This document shows positions 47,419-57,734 of a DNA stretch of 64,000 bases, one piece after another. The notes below the pieces were generated by a model. The model was not told where the DNA came from. It was given only the letters and a program-made list of their open reading frames with translations, and ran no database searches. This stretch comes from Chloroflexota bacterium (GTDB lineage: Bacteria; Chloroflexota; UBA11872). Location of the stretch: the NCBI GenBank assembly GCA_965208215.1, contig CBDBOH010000003.1:1761259-1825258 (forward strand), given 5' to 3'. The position numbers were made by a program, and so were the translations under genes. Numbering within the stretch: position 1 is the first letter of the stretch; the number at the start of each line of letters is the position of its first letter.

Positions 47419-48567
47419 ATGCGCCGTATGAAGTTCGTCTCCGCCATCTCGCTCGAGACCGACCCCGGTCGCATCGCCCAGGACATCCACGACCAGCTGG
47501 CCGCTGACAGTCCATTCGACCTGGCGATTGCTTTTGTGCGCCCGCAGACCGATCCCGCCGGCGCCGACATCCTGGCCGGCCTGCACGCCCAGCTTGCTCC
47601 AGAGCGATTCATTGGCTGCACCGCCGGCGGCGTCGTCGGAGCCAGTCGTGAAATCGAGGATGATGCGGCCACCGCCGTCCTGGCTGCTCGCCTTCCCGGC
47701 GTTCGAGTCGATCCCCTCCCGGATCTGGACGACGCCGAGATCAGTCTTGAAACGCAGGACCTGCAGGCCTGCGTCGTCTTGGTCGATCCCTTTTCGACCG
47801 CGACCGAAGCCTTGCTGCGCCGGCTCGAACAGCTGGCCCCGGGGATTCCCGTGATCGGCGGCGTGGCTAGCTGGGCGTCGGCGCCGGGACGCAATCGGCT
47901 GGCGCAGGATGGTGAGATCGCGAATTCCGGCCTCGTCGGCGTGACGCTCCGCGGCAACGTTCAGGTCAGCACCATCGTGTCCCAGGGTTGCCGTCCGGTG
48001 GGCGACTGGTTCACCGTTACCGGCAGCCGCAGCAACCTGATCCAGGAGCTTGACGGCAAGCCGCCGCTCGAGGTCCTTCAGGAGGTCTTCGCCGAAGCCA
48101 GTCCCGCCGACCAGAAGCTCATGCGCTCCGGGATTCTCATCGGGCGCGGCGTCGCCAAGCAGCCCGACAATCTCGGCCACGGCTCATTCCTCATCCGCGT
48201 GGTTCTGGGCGCCGACCGTGAGTCCGGCGCCATTAGCGTGGCCGACCGCGTGCGCGAGGGAGAGTACGTGCAGTTCCATGTGCGCGACGCCCAGAGCGCC
48301 CGCGACGATCTTGAGATGCTGCTGACCCCGCAGGTCTTCGAGGAAACCGCTGCCGGCGCCTTGCTATTCACTTGCAACGGCCGCGGTGAACGCTTCTTCG
48401 GTGAGCGCGATGCCGACATCGCGATCATCGGCAACGCCCTGGGTGAGCAGGTGCCGGTGGCCGGCTTCTTCTGCGGCGGCGAAATCGGCCCCATCGGCTC
48501 AGCCAACTTCGTCCACGGCTACACCGCCAGCCTGGCTGTATTCCGCCCGGGTTCCGGCCTGGCATAG
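47419..48567 (+). CDS. FIST-domain (NosP-like) protein
   Basis: FIGCTAGGVVG, VIGGVAS, VSQGCRPVG, VQFHVRD, LLFTCNGRG, AGFFCGGEIGP. Confidence 0.88.
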   Translation: MRRMKFVSAISLETDPGRIAQDIHDQLAADSPFDLAIAFVRPQTDPAGADILAGLHAQLAPERFIGCTAGGVVGASREIEDDAATAVLAARLPGVRVDPLPDLDDAEISLETQDLQACVVLVDPFSTATEALLRRLEQLAPGIPVIGGVASWASAPGRNRLAQDGEIANSGLVGVTLRGNVQVSTIVSQGCRPVGDWFTVTGSRSNLIQELDGKPPLEVLQEVFAEASPADQKLMRSGILIGRGVAKQPDNLGHGSFLIRVVLGADRESGAISVADRVREGEYVQFHVRDAQSARDDLEMLLTPQVFEETAAGALLFTCNGRGERFFGERDADIAIIGNALGEQVPVAGFFCGGEIGPIGSANFVHGYTASLAVFRPGSGLA

Positions 48568-48697
48568 ACCGCACACCGAAGGGAACTCGATCGAGTTCCC
48601 GTGCGAGTATTCCCCTGGCGAATGTCGCGTCTCCACGGCAAGTAGGGGGTGGGAATACAATCGCCTGGATGAAAGCCATGGTTGTGGAGTTCGTCAA

Positions 48698-50020
48698 CTG
48701 ACACAGGCGCCGCCTGAAACTCCGGATACCGGTGCACGCTCCCAGGTCACTGCCGGGCGCCGCGCCTGGGAAGCGCTTCTCGCCGCCACCGGCTCGGTAC
48801 TTCGCCCCCTGGTCATTCACTCGCTGCTGGCCTGGGAGCGTCTTGAGTCGGGCGTCAGCTACAACCCCACGTCCAGGGAAGTCCAGCGTGATCCCTACCC
48901 GACCTACGAACGGCTGCGGCGCACGGACCCGGTACACCGGATGCGGCTGGTCGACGCGTGGGCGATCACCCAGCACCAGGACATTGACGCGATGCTCCGC
49001 GACAGCCGGCGGTTTTCGAACGGCGGGCGGGAATACGGATACGTCGACTACGTATCGATGCTCGACATGGACCCGCCGGACCACACGCGCTTGCGGTCGC
49101 TGGTGGTCAAGGCGTTTACGCCGCGGGCCGTTGCCGAGCTTGCGCCCAGGATCCGGCAGACCTGCGACGAACTCCTCGATGACGTCGAGGGAACGACCCG
49201 ATTCGACCTGATCGGAGCCCTGGCGTTTCCGTTGCCGGTGATTGTCATTGCCGAAATGCTGGGGGTTCCGCCCACGGACCGGGATCGGTTCAAGGACTGG
49301 TCGCAGGACGCAGCGCTCTCGGTCGAGCCGGCGCTCGATCACGGACAGGTGCGGCGAGTCCAGCGCGCCTTCGGGAGTCTGCGCGAGTACCTCGGTGCGC
49401 TGATCGAGCGCTATCAGCGGGATCCGCAGGACAACATGATTAGCGCGCTGGTGGCCGTCGAGGAGGCCGGCGACCGGCTGACGCGTGAAGAACTGCTGAT
49501 GACCTTGATGTTGCTGCTGGTGGCAGGACACGAGACCACGCGCAACCTGATTGGCAACGGCATGCTGGCGCTGCTCAGGAATCCCGACCAGTTGCAGCGG
49601 CTGCGCGACCATCCCGAGCTGATGGAGCCCGCCATTCACGAGTTGCTGCGCTACGACGCACCCGTGCAACTCGACAGCCGAGTCGTGCAAGAAGACCTCG
49701 AGATCGGCGGCAAGCGGATTCGCAAGGGCCAGCGAGTCATTGGCCTGATCGGCGGTGCCAATCGAGATCCGGAGGCGTTTGCCAGGCCGAATACGCTGGA
49801 CATTGGCCGTGATGACCGCAGTCATCTGTCGTTCGGCCGGGGCATTCACTATTGCCTGGGATCATCGCTGGCGGTGTTGGAGGGGCGAATCGCCCTGGCC
49901 GCGCTCTTGCGGCGATTCTCCTCCATTCAGCTGGCGGCGGAGCCCGAACACATCGATGTTGTCGTCCTGCGCGGCGTCCGCGAACTGTGGATTGACGTCG
50001 AGCGTGCGACCGGCGCATAG
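48698..50020 (+). CDS. Cytochrome P450
   Basis: DPPDHTRLR, AGHETT, ELLRYD, HLSFGRGIHYCLG. The start is uncertain; CTG 48698 follows a GGAG. Confidence 0.92.
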   Translation: MTQAPPETPDTGARSQVTAGRRAWEALLAATGSVLRPLVIHSLLAWERLESGVSYNPTSREVQRDPYPTYERLRRTDPVHRMRLVDAWAITQHQDIDAMLRDSRRFSNGGREYGYVDYVSMLDMDPPDHTRLRSLVVKAFTPRAVAELAPRIRQTCDELLDDVEGTTRFDLIGALAFPLPVIVIAEMLGVPPTDRDRFKDWSQDAALSVEPALDHGQVRRVQRAFGSLREYLGALIERYQRDPQDNMISALVAVEEAGDRLTREELLMTLMLLLVAGHETTRNLIGNGMLALLRNPDQLQRLRDHPELMEPAIHELLRYDAPVQLDSRVVQEDLEIGGKRIRKGQRVIGLIGGANRDPEAFARPNTLDIGRDDRSHLSFGRGIHYCLGSSLAVLEGRIALAALLRRFSSIQLAAEPEHIDVVVLRGVRELWIDVERATGA

Positions 50021-50101
50021 CCCCGGCACGCTTTACCTGCCCCGAATCCCTCGATAGATAAAGCCGGTTTCCGCCAGGCGACCGGTCTGGAGGCCAGTGC
50101 G

Positions 50102-51616
50102 TCAGACGTGCGCGGGCTGTCCTTGCACCACGCGGTCAAACTCCCGCGTGCTTTCGTCGGCCGGCGGCGAGGTCACCACCGTGCCGAGCACGGCCGCCGC
50201 GGTTCCGGCAACGAATCCCGGTAGCGCCGGCATGATGTCGAACATTCCCTGGGGACCGCCCGCCAGCACGAACTGCCAGAGCGAGGCGACCACAAATCCG
50301 ACCACGACCCCTGCCAGCGCGCCGCCGACGTTGAATCGCCGCCAGTACAGCGCCAGGATCACCGCGGGACCAAAGGTCGCACCCATTCCGCCCCACGCGT
50401 AGGCCACGAGGTTCAGCACCGTGTCCGGGAAAGCGATCGCCAGGTACGCCGCCAGCGCCCCGATCACCACGAGCAGTCCCCGCCCCAGACACACTCGTCG
50501 CGAGGCGTCTAGGGAGCCGGCGAACCTGCGTAGGAGCGGCAGATCACCGGCCGCGATGGCCGACGACAGCAGCAATTGCGAGTCCGCCGTGCTCATCACC
50601 GCCGCGATCACCGCCGTCAGGAGCAGGCCCCCGATGACCACGGGAAAGAAGTACTCCGCGACCAGGAAATACACGCGCTCCGCATCCAGGATGGTGATCC
50701 CGGCTTCGTCAAGCGCGGGCCGCGCGAACAGCCCCAGCAGGAAGCTCAGCGAGTAGACCAGGCACAACCACAGCGTCGAGAGATTGCGGCTCTGCTTGAT
50801 CATGTCTTCCCGCTCCACGGCCATGAAGCGCTGCAACACGTGCTGCGCGCCAAAGAATCCAAGCCCCCAACCCATCATTCCGATTACGAACACCGGCGTG
50901 ACCACCTGGCCCTGCGTGTCGGTAAACGGGTTCATGAAGCCCTCCACGCCGCCGCCCACACCACCGAGGGGATCCTCGGCCGCAATGATTACGGTCGCCA
51001 GCATGATCACGAAGCCAACCAGGATCAGCAGCGCCTGGAAGACGTCCGTCCGCGAGACGGCCAGGAAACCGCCGATGAAGGTGTACGACGAGACGGCGAT
51101 CAGCGTGAGGATCAGTCCCAGGGTTGAGTCCAGTCCGAATTGCGTATTGAGCAGCTTGGACCCGGCGACCAGGCCTGACGTGATGTAGAAGACGACGAAG
51201 AAAATGGTGAACGCCGCGCTGATTGCCCGTAGAACCTTCGTTTCGTCCCGCAGCCGGCGTTCGAGGAATTCAGGCAGCGTCAGCGAGTCGTCCGTCGAAA
51301 TGGTGTAGCGACGCAGCCGCTTCGCCACGATCGTCCAGTTGATCCAGGCGCCGATCACCAGGAAGACGACAAGCCACAGCTGATTCGCGCCGCTGGTGAA
51401 CGCCAGCGCCGGAAACACCAGCATGGTCCAGCCGCTGGTGGTCGACGATCCGGCGCTTAGCGCGGTCGTGAAGCTGCTCAGCCGCCTCCGCCCCAGGACA
51501 TAGTCGGACATGGCCGACATGCTTCGAACGCGGACGATGGCGATGCCAATCAGGATCGCGAAATACGCGATGAACACTGCGATGGTCCACGCGGTGCTCA
51601 ACGCGTCCTGCGTCAT
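50102..51616 (-). CDS. putP: Sodium/proline symporter (SSS family)
   Basis: DYVLGRRRL, SGWTML, GGFLAVSRTDVFQ, GAQHVLQRFMA, AAVMSTADSQLL, AYAWGGMGATFGP. Confidence 0.85.
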   Translation of the reverse strand: MTQDALSTAWTIAVFIAYFAILIGIAIVRVRSMSAMSDYVLGRRRLSSFTTALSAGSSTTSGWTMLVFPALAFTSGANQLWLVVFLVIGAWINWTIVAKRLRRYTISTDDSLTLPEFLERRLRDETKVLRAISAAFTIFFVVFYITSGLVAGSKLLNTQFGLDSTLGLILTLIAVSSYTFIGGFLAVSRTDVFQALLILVGFVIMLATVIIAAEDPLGGVGGGVEGFMNPFTDTQGQVVTPVFVIGMMGWGLGFFGAQHVLQRFMAVEREDMIKQSRNLSTLWLCLVYSLSFLLGLFARPALDEAGITILDAERVYFLVAEYFFPVVIGGLLLTAVIAAVMSTADSQLLLSSAIAAGDLPLLRRFAGSLDASRRVCLGRGLLVVIGALAAYLAIAFPDTVLNLVAYAWGGMGATFGPAVILALYWRRFNVGGALAGVVVGFVVASLWQFVLAGGPQGMFDIMPALPGFVAGTAAAVLGTVVTSPPADESTREFDRVVQGQPAHV

Positions 51617-51649
51617 GCCCGGGCTTTCAGGTAGCCGCGATGTTCAGGT

Positions 51650-52900
51650 TTACGGCGACGGCGCTGGTCCGAGGACGACGTACTTTCGATCCTCCGTTCG
51701 CTCAGCCGTCGGCAGGACCTCAACGACCACCCGCGACAGCCCCACGACCTCGCCCTGCTCGTCAAAGCTGTACTTGTCGCCGATCGCGCCGCTCCAGGTG
51801 ATCTCATACATGCAGTCGCGGAATCCGTCCGCGTCCTGATCGTCGCCAGTCTGCTTCAGGCACTCGGCCGCAATGTAGACATCGTCGTACGCCGACCCCA
51901 GGTGCCACGGCAGCGTGACGTAGTCGTAGCGCTTCCTGAAGTTGGCCAGCACTTCCTGGCCCTTGGCGTTGTCGAGATCCAGGTCGGCCGTGATTGCTTT
52001 CATGCCCGTCGCCGCGTCGCCCGCGATTTCCAGCGCCGTCGCGCCCACGGACACGGTTTCGGCATAGATGGGACCCTCGTAGCCAAGCTCGCGAGCCTGT
52101 TTAATGATGGTCCCGGCCGCGAATTCCGATTGCGGCGCCAGGTGCAGCGCGTCCGGATTCGCCGCCAGCAGCTTCTCCAGCTGCGACCGGAAGTCCGTCA
52201 CGTCCGTGGCGTAATGCTCTTCGGCCACGATCCGCCCGCCGCGCTTTTCGAATTGGGCCGCCGTCGTTCGCCGCACGCCCTCGGCGTAGTCGGTCGTTTC
52301 GGTGATGGTGGCCAGCGCGCGAATCCCGTCGGCCCACAGCACGTTGCCCGTGCCGATGCCGACCTGGATGTCGCTGATCTGCGTGCGGAAGATGTAGTCG
52401 CCGGCGTTGGCAATGTCGGGGTTGCTGGCCAGGCCGGAGAACAGGATGACCCCGTCCGCCTCGGCCAGCGGCGCGACGCCCAGCATCGCGCCGCTGCACG
52501 AGGTGCCCAGGATGATTTTCACGCCGTCCACCTCGGTGAGCTTTCGGTAGGCCGTGATGGCGTCCTGCGCGTTGCACTTGGAGTCCTCGACGATGAACTC
52601 CAGGGGGCGTCCGTTGACCCCACCTGCCGCGTTGATCTCGTCCAGCGCCATTTGCTTCGCCTGGCTGGCCACCGTGCCGTAGGTCTCGCCGGCGCCCGTC
52701 AGCGACTCCATGACGCCGATGCGGAAGGGCTCCGACGATTCGCTGGCATCCTCGCCGCAGCCCTGGAGCGTCAGCGCCAGGACCGTCAGTAGCCCAAGGA
52801 CAAGAAGCCGTCGCCTAAACGGTCGGCGCATGGTGCGCTCCAGTGGGCCACGTGCAGTTGGCCTGCGAACCTCTGCGGCCCCGCCCTTGGTGAATCCCAT
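51650..52900 (-). CDS. ABC-type substrate-binding lipoprotein (branched-chain amino acid/Peripla_BP_6 family)
   Basis: Lipobox LQGC; SLTGAGETYG, INAAGGVNGRPLEFIVEDSKC, DFRSQL. No cognate permease or ATPase genes are adjacent. Confidence 0.88.
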   Translation of the reverse strand: MGFTKGGAAEVRRPTARGPLERTMRRPFRRRLLVLGLLTVLALTLQGCGEDASESSEPFRIGVMESLTGAGETYGTVASQAKQMALDEINAAGGVNGRPLEFIVEDSKCNAQDAITAYRKLTEVDGVKIILGTSCSGAMLGVAPLAEADGVILFSGLASNPDIANAGDYIFRTQISDIQVGIGTGNVLWADGIRALATITETTDYAEGVRRTTAAQFEKRGGRIVAEEHYATDVTDFRSQLEKLLAANPDALHLAPQSEFAAGTIIKQARELGYEGPIYAETVSVGATALEIAGDAATGMKAITADLDLDNAKGQEVLANFRKRYDYVTLPWHLGSAYDDVYIAAECLKQTGDDQDADGFRDCMYEITWSGAIGDKYSFDEQGEVVGLSRVVVEVLPTAERTEDRKYVVLGPAPSP

Positions 52901-52924
52901 TTCAGAAACGCCGGGGCGCTGCCG

Positions 52925-54661
52925 TCAGCCCTGCTGATCCACGGTTACCGTGACGATATCCACGCCGTGATATTTCTGGTGCTGGACCGAGGCCGCGTAG
53001 TGCCACAACAGCCTGAACGACACCTCGCGCTCGTCGGGAGCAGGCGGCAATTGGTTCAGGTAGGCGAGCTGGTCTTCCATGTTTGCGCCTTCGAGCGCCG
53101 TCACGAATTCCATCTCGGCCGTGCGGTCGTTCATCTGCGTGGAAATGGACAACTGCCGCCCTTGCTCGGCCGCATCACCGCTCTCCTGCAGCAGGATGGA
53201 CAGCGTCTCCTCGCCGGCCGACGCCAGTCGATCCGTTGAAGCGGTGTTCCATCCATGCTTCGCCGCGAAGCCGCGCAGGAACTCGTCGATTTGCGGCAGC
53301 GCGTCCATTCCCAACGCCACCTGCAGCCGCCGGCGCCGCGGGCTGGTCAGCTCCATGAAGACCATCATGATGATGGCCACCAGCGCGCCGGAGGTCATCC
53401 CGTTGCCGAGCAGGACGCCAATGAACCCGTCGCCCAGCAAGTCGGGGAATATCAGCTGACTTTGAAACCCCGCACCGATCCAGAACGAGAGGCCGACGAT
53501 TGCCGCCGTCCGGTGATTAACCCCGCCCTGCACGACGATTCGCATGCCCTGGACGAAGAGGATCCCGATCAGGAACGCGATGTACGCGGCCGCAACCGGG
53601 GCGGGAATCGCGATCAGGAGGGCTGCCACCTTGGGCAAGAACGCCAGCGCGACGAATATGGCGCCAATCACGACTCCCACACGTCGCGCCGCGATGCCGG
53701 TGACCTCGGTGAGCGGAATGCTGCTGGAATAGGTGGTGTTGGGCAGCGTTCCCAGCAGGCCGGAGAGCAGGTTTCCAACCCCGTCCGAGTTCAGGGCGCC
53801 CTGCACCACCCGGAAGTCCGTCGCGCGGGGCCGTCGACGCGAAACGCGCTGAATGGCCACGCTGTCGCCAATCGTCTCAATGGCGCCCACGATCGTCACC
53901 ATCACGAAGGCTGGCAGCAGGGCCCAGAACTTCACGTCCGGGGTCACGTCGAATCCCGGCCAGGCGCCCCACGGAATGCCGATCCAGTCGGCGTCCAGCA
54001 CGCCGCTCAGGTCGTAGATGCCAAAGAGCGCCGACACCACGCATCCCACCACCAGGGCGATCAACGGGGACCACAGGCGCCAGGCCGGAGGCGCGCGTAG
54101 TACCAGCGCGACCACCGTGGTCAGCGTCAGCAGGGCCGCCACCGGCGCGGCTGCGTCGGGTGAACCCTCGGGCACGTCGGCCAGGGCATCGAAGAGCAGC
54201 GGCACGATCGTTACGGCAATCAACATGATGACCGTGCCGGTCACCGCGGGCGTGAAGATGCGTCGCAGCAGAGCCAGGCGCGAGGCCAGCAGGAATTGGA
54301 TGAGTGACGAGATGACGACCAGGCTTGCCATCGTGGCCGGGCCGCCAACCGACAGCGCGCCGATGCAGACCGCGATGAATGCGCCGGACGTTCCCATGAA
54401 TAGGATGTGCCCGGACCCGATCCGTCCCACCCGAACGGCCTGCAGAATTGTCGAAACCCCGCTCACCAGCAGCGCCCCAAACACGGCCCACGCCGTGTAT
54501 TCCGCGGGCTGTCCGGCGATCTGGAGCACGATGACCACGCCCAGCACCACCGGGGCCAGCATGATCAGGGCGGCCTGAAACCCGGCGCCAATGGCCAGCG
54601 GTGCGGGCGGCTGCTCGTCCGGCTCGTAGCGGATGTTCTCGTTCACATGCTCTGTCGCCAT
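52925..54661 (-). CDS. NCS2/NAT (xanthine-uracil-ascorbate) permease with a C-terminal GHKL-like domain (paralogue 1)
   Basis: YEPDEQPP, VGRIGSG, FTPAVTG, ETIGD, DGVGNLLSG, FLPKVAALL; about 130-aa soluble tail. Start at ATG 54661. Confidence 0.88.
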   Translation of the reverse strand: MATEHVNENIRYEPDEQPPAPLAIGAGFQAALIMLAPVVLGVVIVLQIAGQPAEYTAWAVFGALLVSGVSTILQAVRVGRIGSGHILFMGTSGAFIAVCIGALSVGGPATMASLVVISSLIQFLLASRLALLRRIFTPAVTGTVIMLIAVTIVPLLFDALADVPEGSPDAAAPVAALLTLTTVVALVLRAPPAWRLWSPLIALVVGCVVSALFGIYDLSGVLDADWIGIPWGAWPGFDVTPDVKFWALLPAFVMVTIVGAIETIGDSVAIQRVSRRRPRATDFRVVQGALNSDGVGNLLSGLLGTLPNTTYSSSIPLTEVTGIAARRVGVVIGAIFVALAFLPKVAALLIAIPAPVAAAYIAFLIGILFVQGMRIVVQGGVNHRTAAIVGLSFWIGAGFQSQLIFPDLLGDGFIGVLLGNGMTSGALVAIIMMVFMELTSPRRRRLQVALGMDALPQIDEFLRGFAAKHGWNTASTDRLASAGEETLSILLQESGDAAEQGRQLSISTQMNDRTAEMEFVTALEGANMEDQLAYLNQLPPAPDEREVSFRLLWHYAASVQHQKYHGVDIVTVTVDQQG

Positions 54662-54858
54662 TGACACCACCTGAGCATTCTTCCGTCCCGGTAATGCTGC
54701 CACACACGCGCTGGCATTCCACTCACGGCGTTCGGTCTCAGGCGTCGCGCCTCAGACCGTCGTCCTATCGTTTAACTCAAGTCGGTGGTAGGGTGAGCGC
54801 CTTTTTCCTCGGTCTTCGCGCCAACGCCGAGCCACGCGGTGCGAGCACAAGTGCGTGT

Positions 54859-55242
54859 ATGAATGAAGAACTCCGCGAGCGGGCCACCTGTGTCCTGATC
54901 CGGGACCGAAAACTCCTGCTCGTCGCGGACCACTCGATGAGGTACTTGCTCCCCGGCGGCGGCGTAGATCCCGGCGAAACGATTGAAGCCGCCGCCGTGC
55001 GCGAACTGCTCGAAGAGACAGGCCTGGCCGCAACCCGCACTGAGTACCTGTACGCGTTCGAGACGGCAAGCAACCGGCATCACGTCTTCGCGGTCGAGGC
55101 CGATGGCCCGCTGGACGAAGACAAGGTCAGGTCCGCCGGTGAAATCCATGGATTCCTGTGGTGGGACATGGAATCCGACGTGCCCGTCTATCCAAGCGTC
55201 ACGTCGGTACGAGCCTGGCTGCGCGCCTCAGGTTGGGAGTAA
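54859..55242 (+). CDS. NUDIX hydrolase
   Basis: LPGGGVDPGETIEAAAVRELLEETGL. Confidence 0.92.
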   Translation: MNEELRERATCVLIRDRKLLLVADHSMRYLLPGGGVDPGETIEAAAVRELLEETGLAATRTEYLYAFETASNRHHVFAVEADGPLDEDKVRSAGEIHGFLWWDMESDVPVYPSVTSVRAWLRASGWE

Positions 55243-55314
55243 CTCCAACGCGAGAGGTGGATCTGGCAGCCTGACCGGCTCGCGGCCGCCCTCGACACGA
55301 GCCAGTGGCCGGCT

Positions 55315-57042
55315 CTAGCGTGAACCCTTGACCTGCACGGTCACGATGTCGATGCCGTGGTACTTCCGATGGCGCACCGCCGCCGCGTAATGCCGCAGCA
55401 GGCGCAGCGAAATCACCTCTTCGTTCAGCGTTTCGGCCTGATCGCCCAGGTGCGCCATCCAATCCTCGATGTTCTGCTCTTCCAAGACCGCCAGGAACTC
55501 CATCTCCACCGCGCCGTCGCCGGGACGCGCCAGCACGATCAGGCGCGGGGCGCTTTGCGTCTCGTCGGGAGCGTGAAGCTGCGTAAGGCTCGCAAGGGTT
55601 TCTTCTCCGGCGGCGCGCAGGCGATCCCGCGACGCGTCATTCCAGCCAATTCGTGCGGCGAGTTTGCTCAGAAAGGTATCGATTTCCGGCAGCGCCGCGG
55701 TCGACACCTCGGCGTCCAGCCGTCGGACTCGCGGGCTGGTCAGTTCGATAAACGCGGTCAGCAGAATGGCTGCCACGATTCCGACCGTCATGCTGTTGCC
55801 GAGCGACGCGCCCAGCGTTTCGCCCAGCAGTTCCGCGGCCACATTCCGATGCTGGAGTCCCACGCCCAGCCCCAGCGCGACACCCGCGACCAGCGCCTTG
55901 CGGTGATCCAGCCCGTCCTGCACGACCATCCGCATACCTTCCACGAAGAGCAGCCCCATGATGGTCAGTAGAAAGACCCCCATGACCGCGCTGGGAACGG
56001 CCAGCAGGATCGCCGCGATCTTGGGCAGGAACGCCAGCCCGACCAGCATGATCCCGATCGCATAGCCAACGCTCCGCGCCGCCACTCCGGTGAAATTGAT
56101 CAGCGAGATGCTCGACGGCGAATAGGCCACCGTCGGCGGCGTCCCCGCCAGGCCGGCGAGCAGGCTGCCGACCCCGTTGGCGTTGAGCGTGCCCTGAACC
56201 AGGCGAAAGTCGATCGCGCGCGGCCGGCGCCGTGAGACGTTCTGGATCACCACGCCGTCCCCGCTCGTCTTGATCGCCACCACCAGGGTCACTGCCACGA
56301 ACACCGGCAACAACGCCCAGAACTGCTCGGTCGGCCGCAGGTCCAGCCCCGGCCACGCGCTGACGTCCGGCAGGGCCATCCACGGGGCGTCGAGCACACG
56401 TTGGGCGTCATACAGGCCGGCCAGCGCGGCGGCCGCGCTCCCAACCGTGATGCCGATCAGCGGCGCCCACAAGCGCCAGACGCCGGACGCGCGCATCGCC
56501 AGGGCCGCGCTGGTCGCCAGCGTCACGCCGGCCACGGCCAGGCTCGCGCCCAGCGACTCGCCTTCGTTGACCTCGGTCAGCCGGTTAAACGCCACAGGCA
56601 TGACCGTGAGCGCGATCAGCATCAGCGAGGTCCCCGCCACCACCGGCGTGATGATTCGGCGCAGCCGCGGCAGCCAGGCCGCCAGGGCGAACTGAAACAG
56701 CGACGAGACCACGATCAGCAGCACCAGCAGGGATTGCCCGCCATTCGTCAGCGCCAGGACGGAGATGGCGACAAAGTGCGGGCTGGCGCCCGACATCAGG
56801 ATGTGTCCGGCGCCCAGCCGCCCGACCCGAGCCGCCTGCAGCGCCGTCACGATGCCGCCAATGATCATCGCTGCAAAGACCGCCCACGCCAGGTAGCGCT
56901 CGCTCTGGTCGGCCGCCCGGGCCGTGATGGTGACCATCAGCACCGTGTTGGCCAGGACCAGCATGATCCCCTGCAGCGCCACGCCGATCGTTACGACCGG
57001 CGGACACCGCTCGTCCGGCTCGTAGCGGATGTGCTCGTTCAT
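55315..57042 (-). CDS. NCS2/NAT permease with a C-terminal GHKL-like domain (paralogue 2)
   Basis: Colinear with 52925-54661, including the tail (EETL...SLRLLRHYA...KYHGIDIVTV). Confidence 0.88.
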   Translation of the reverse strand: MNEHIRYEPDERCPPVVTIGVALQGIMLVLANTVLMVTITARAADQSERYLAWAVFAAMIIGGIVTALQAARVGRLGAGHILMSGASPHFVAISVLALTNGGQSLLVLLIVVSSLFQFALAAWLPRLRRIITPVVAGTSLMLIALTVMPVAFNRLTEVNEGESLGASLAVAGVTLATSAALAMRASGVWRLWAPLIGITVGSAAAALAGLYDAQRVLDAPWMALPDVSAWPGLDLRPTEQFWALLPVFVAVTLVVAIKTSGDGVVIQNVSRRRPRAIDFRLVQGTLNANGVGSLLAGLAGTPPTVAYSPSSISLINFTGVAARSVGYAIGIMLVGLAFLPKIAAILLAVPSAVMGVFLLTIMGLLFVEGMRMVVQDGLDHRKALVAGVALGLGVGLQHRNVAAELLGETLGASLGNSMTVGIVAAILLTAFIELTSPRVRRLDAEVSTAALPEIDTFLSKLAARIGWNDASRDRLRAAGEETLASLTQLHAPDETQSAPRLIVLARPGDGAVEMEFLAVLEEQNIEDWMAHLGDQAETLNEEVISLRLLRHYAAAVRHRKYHGIDIVTVQVKGSR

Positions 57043-57213
57043 GAACGCTGCGTCCGCTGCGCTTCAGGCAACGGTTCGGCTACGAGGTCCGAATTGGGGC
57101 GCGCCGGCCAACGGCAGCCTCCGATCGCCTGGAGTCGGTGGCATGTCGCAGCGCATCCGTCGGCATCGGCGAGGCTGCCGGCGGCGCCGAACGGGTCGTC
57201 CCGCGGCCCGGGG

Positions 57214-57501
57214 CTATACGCCCTCCACGACGATCACGTTGGCCGTTGCCGACCTGTGCCGAATCTCTCTGAGGTCGGTGAATTCGGGCGAGGCCAGCCA
57301 CGTCTTGACCTGCGCCACGCTGTCGAATTCCATCACGATGAGCCGATTCGGCACCCAGTCGCCCTCGATGGCCTCGGCGGACCCACCGCGCACCAGGTAC
57401 TTGCCGCCGTGGGCCTCAACGGTCCCCGCCACCTTTTCGCGAAATTCGGCGTAGACCTCGGCGTCCGTCACCTGAAGATCCACAATCACATAGCCAGCCA
57501 T
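57214..57501 (-). CDS. DUF1330 protein
   Basis: HGGKYLVRGG, EGDWVPNRLIVMEFDS, VIVVEG. Confidence 0.9.
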   Translation of the reverse strand: MAGYVIVDLQVTDAEVYAEFREKVAGTVEAHGGKYLVRGGSAEAIEGDWVPNRLIVMEFDSVAQVKTWLASPEFTDLREIRHRSATANVIVVEGV

Positions 57502-57734
57502 TTGGCCCTCCGCTTGCGTCTTTTGCTTGGACTTAAGCCTCCCGATCTTCCCAGAGGTGAAAGTACGGCCGCAACCGGCGTATCGCCGACACCTGGGTTC
57601 CCGGTTCAGTTCCGTCTTGGCTGCTGAACGCTATGCAAAAGGCGGGGACATCGTGGTAGTCAACGTTGCTGCGTCCCGGCTCAGCCCTGAGCAAGCGAAA
57701 GCTCCAGAACACGCGGCGGTAGGCTGACCGGACC

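Noticed and set aside
48386-48697. 104-codon N-terminal extension of the P450 ORF
   Set aside because: Overlaps the FIST gene in another frame and has no P450-like features.
54662-54858. Purine riboswitch upstream of the NCS2 permeases (also 57043-57213)
   Set aside because: Hairpins are present, but I see no purine-riboswitch core or three-way junction.
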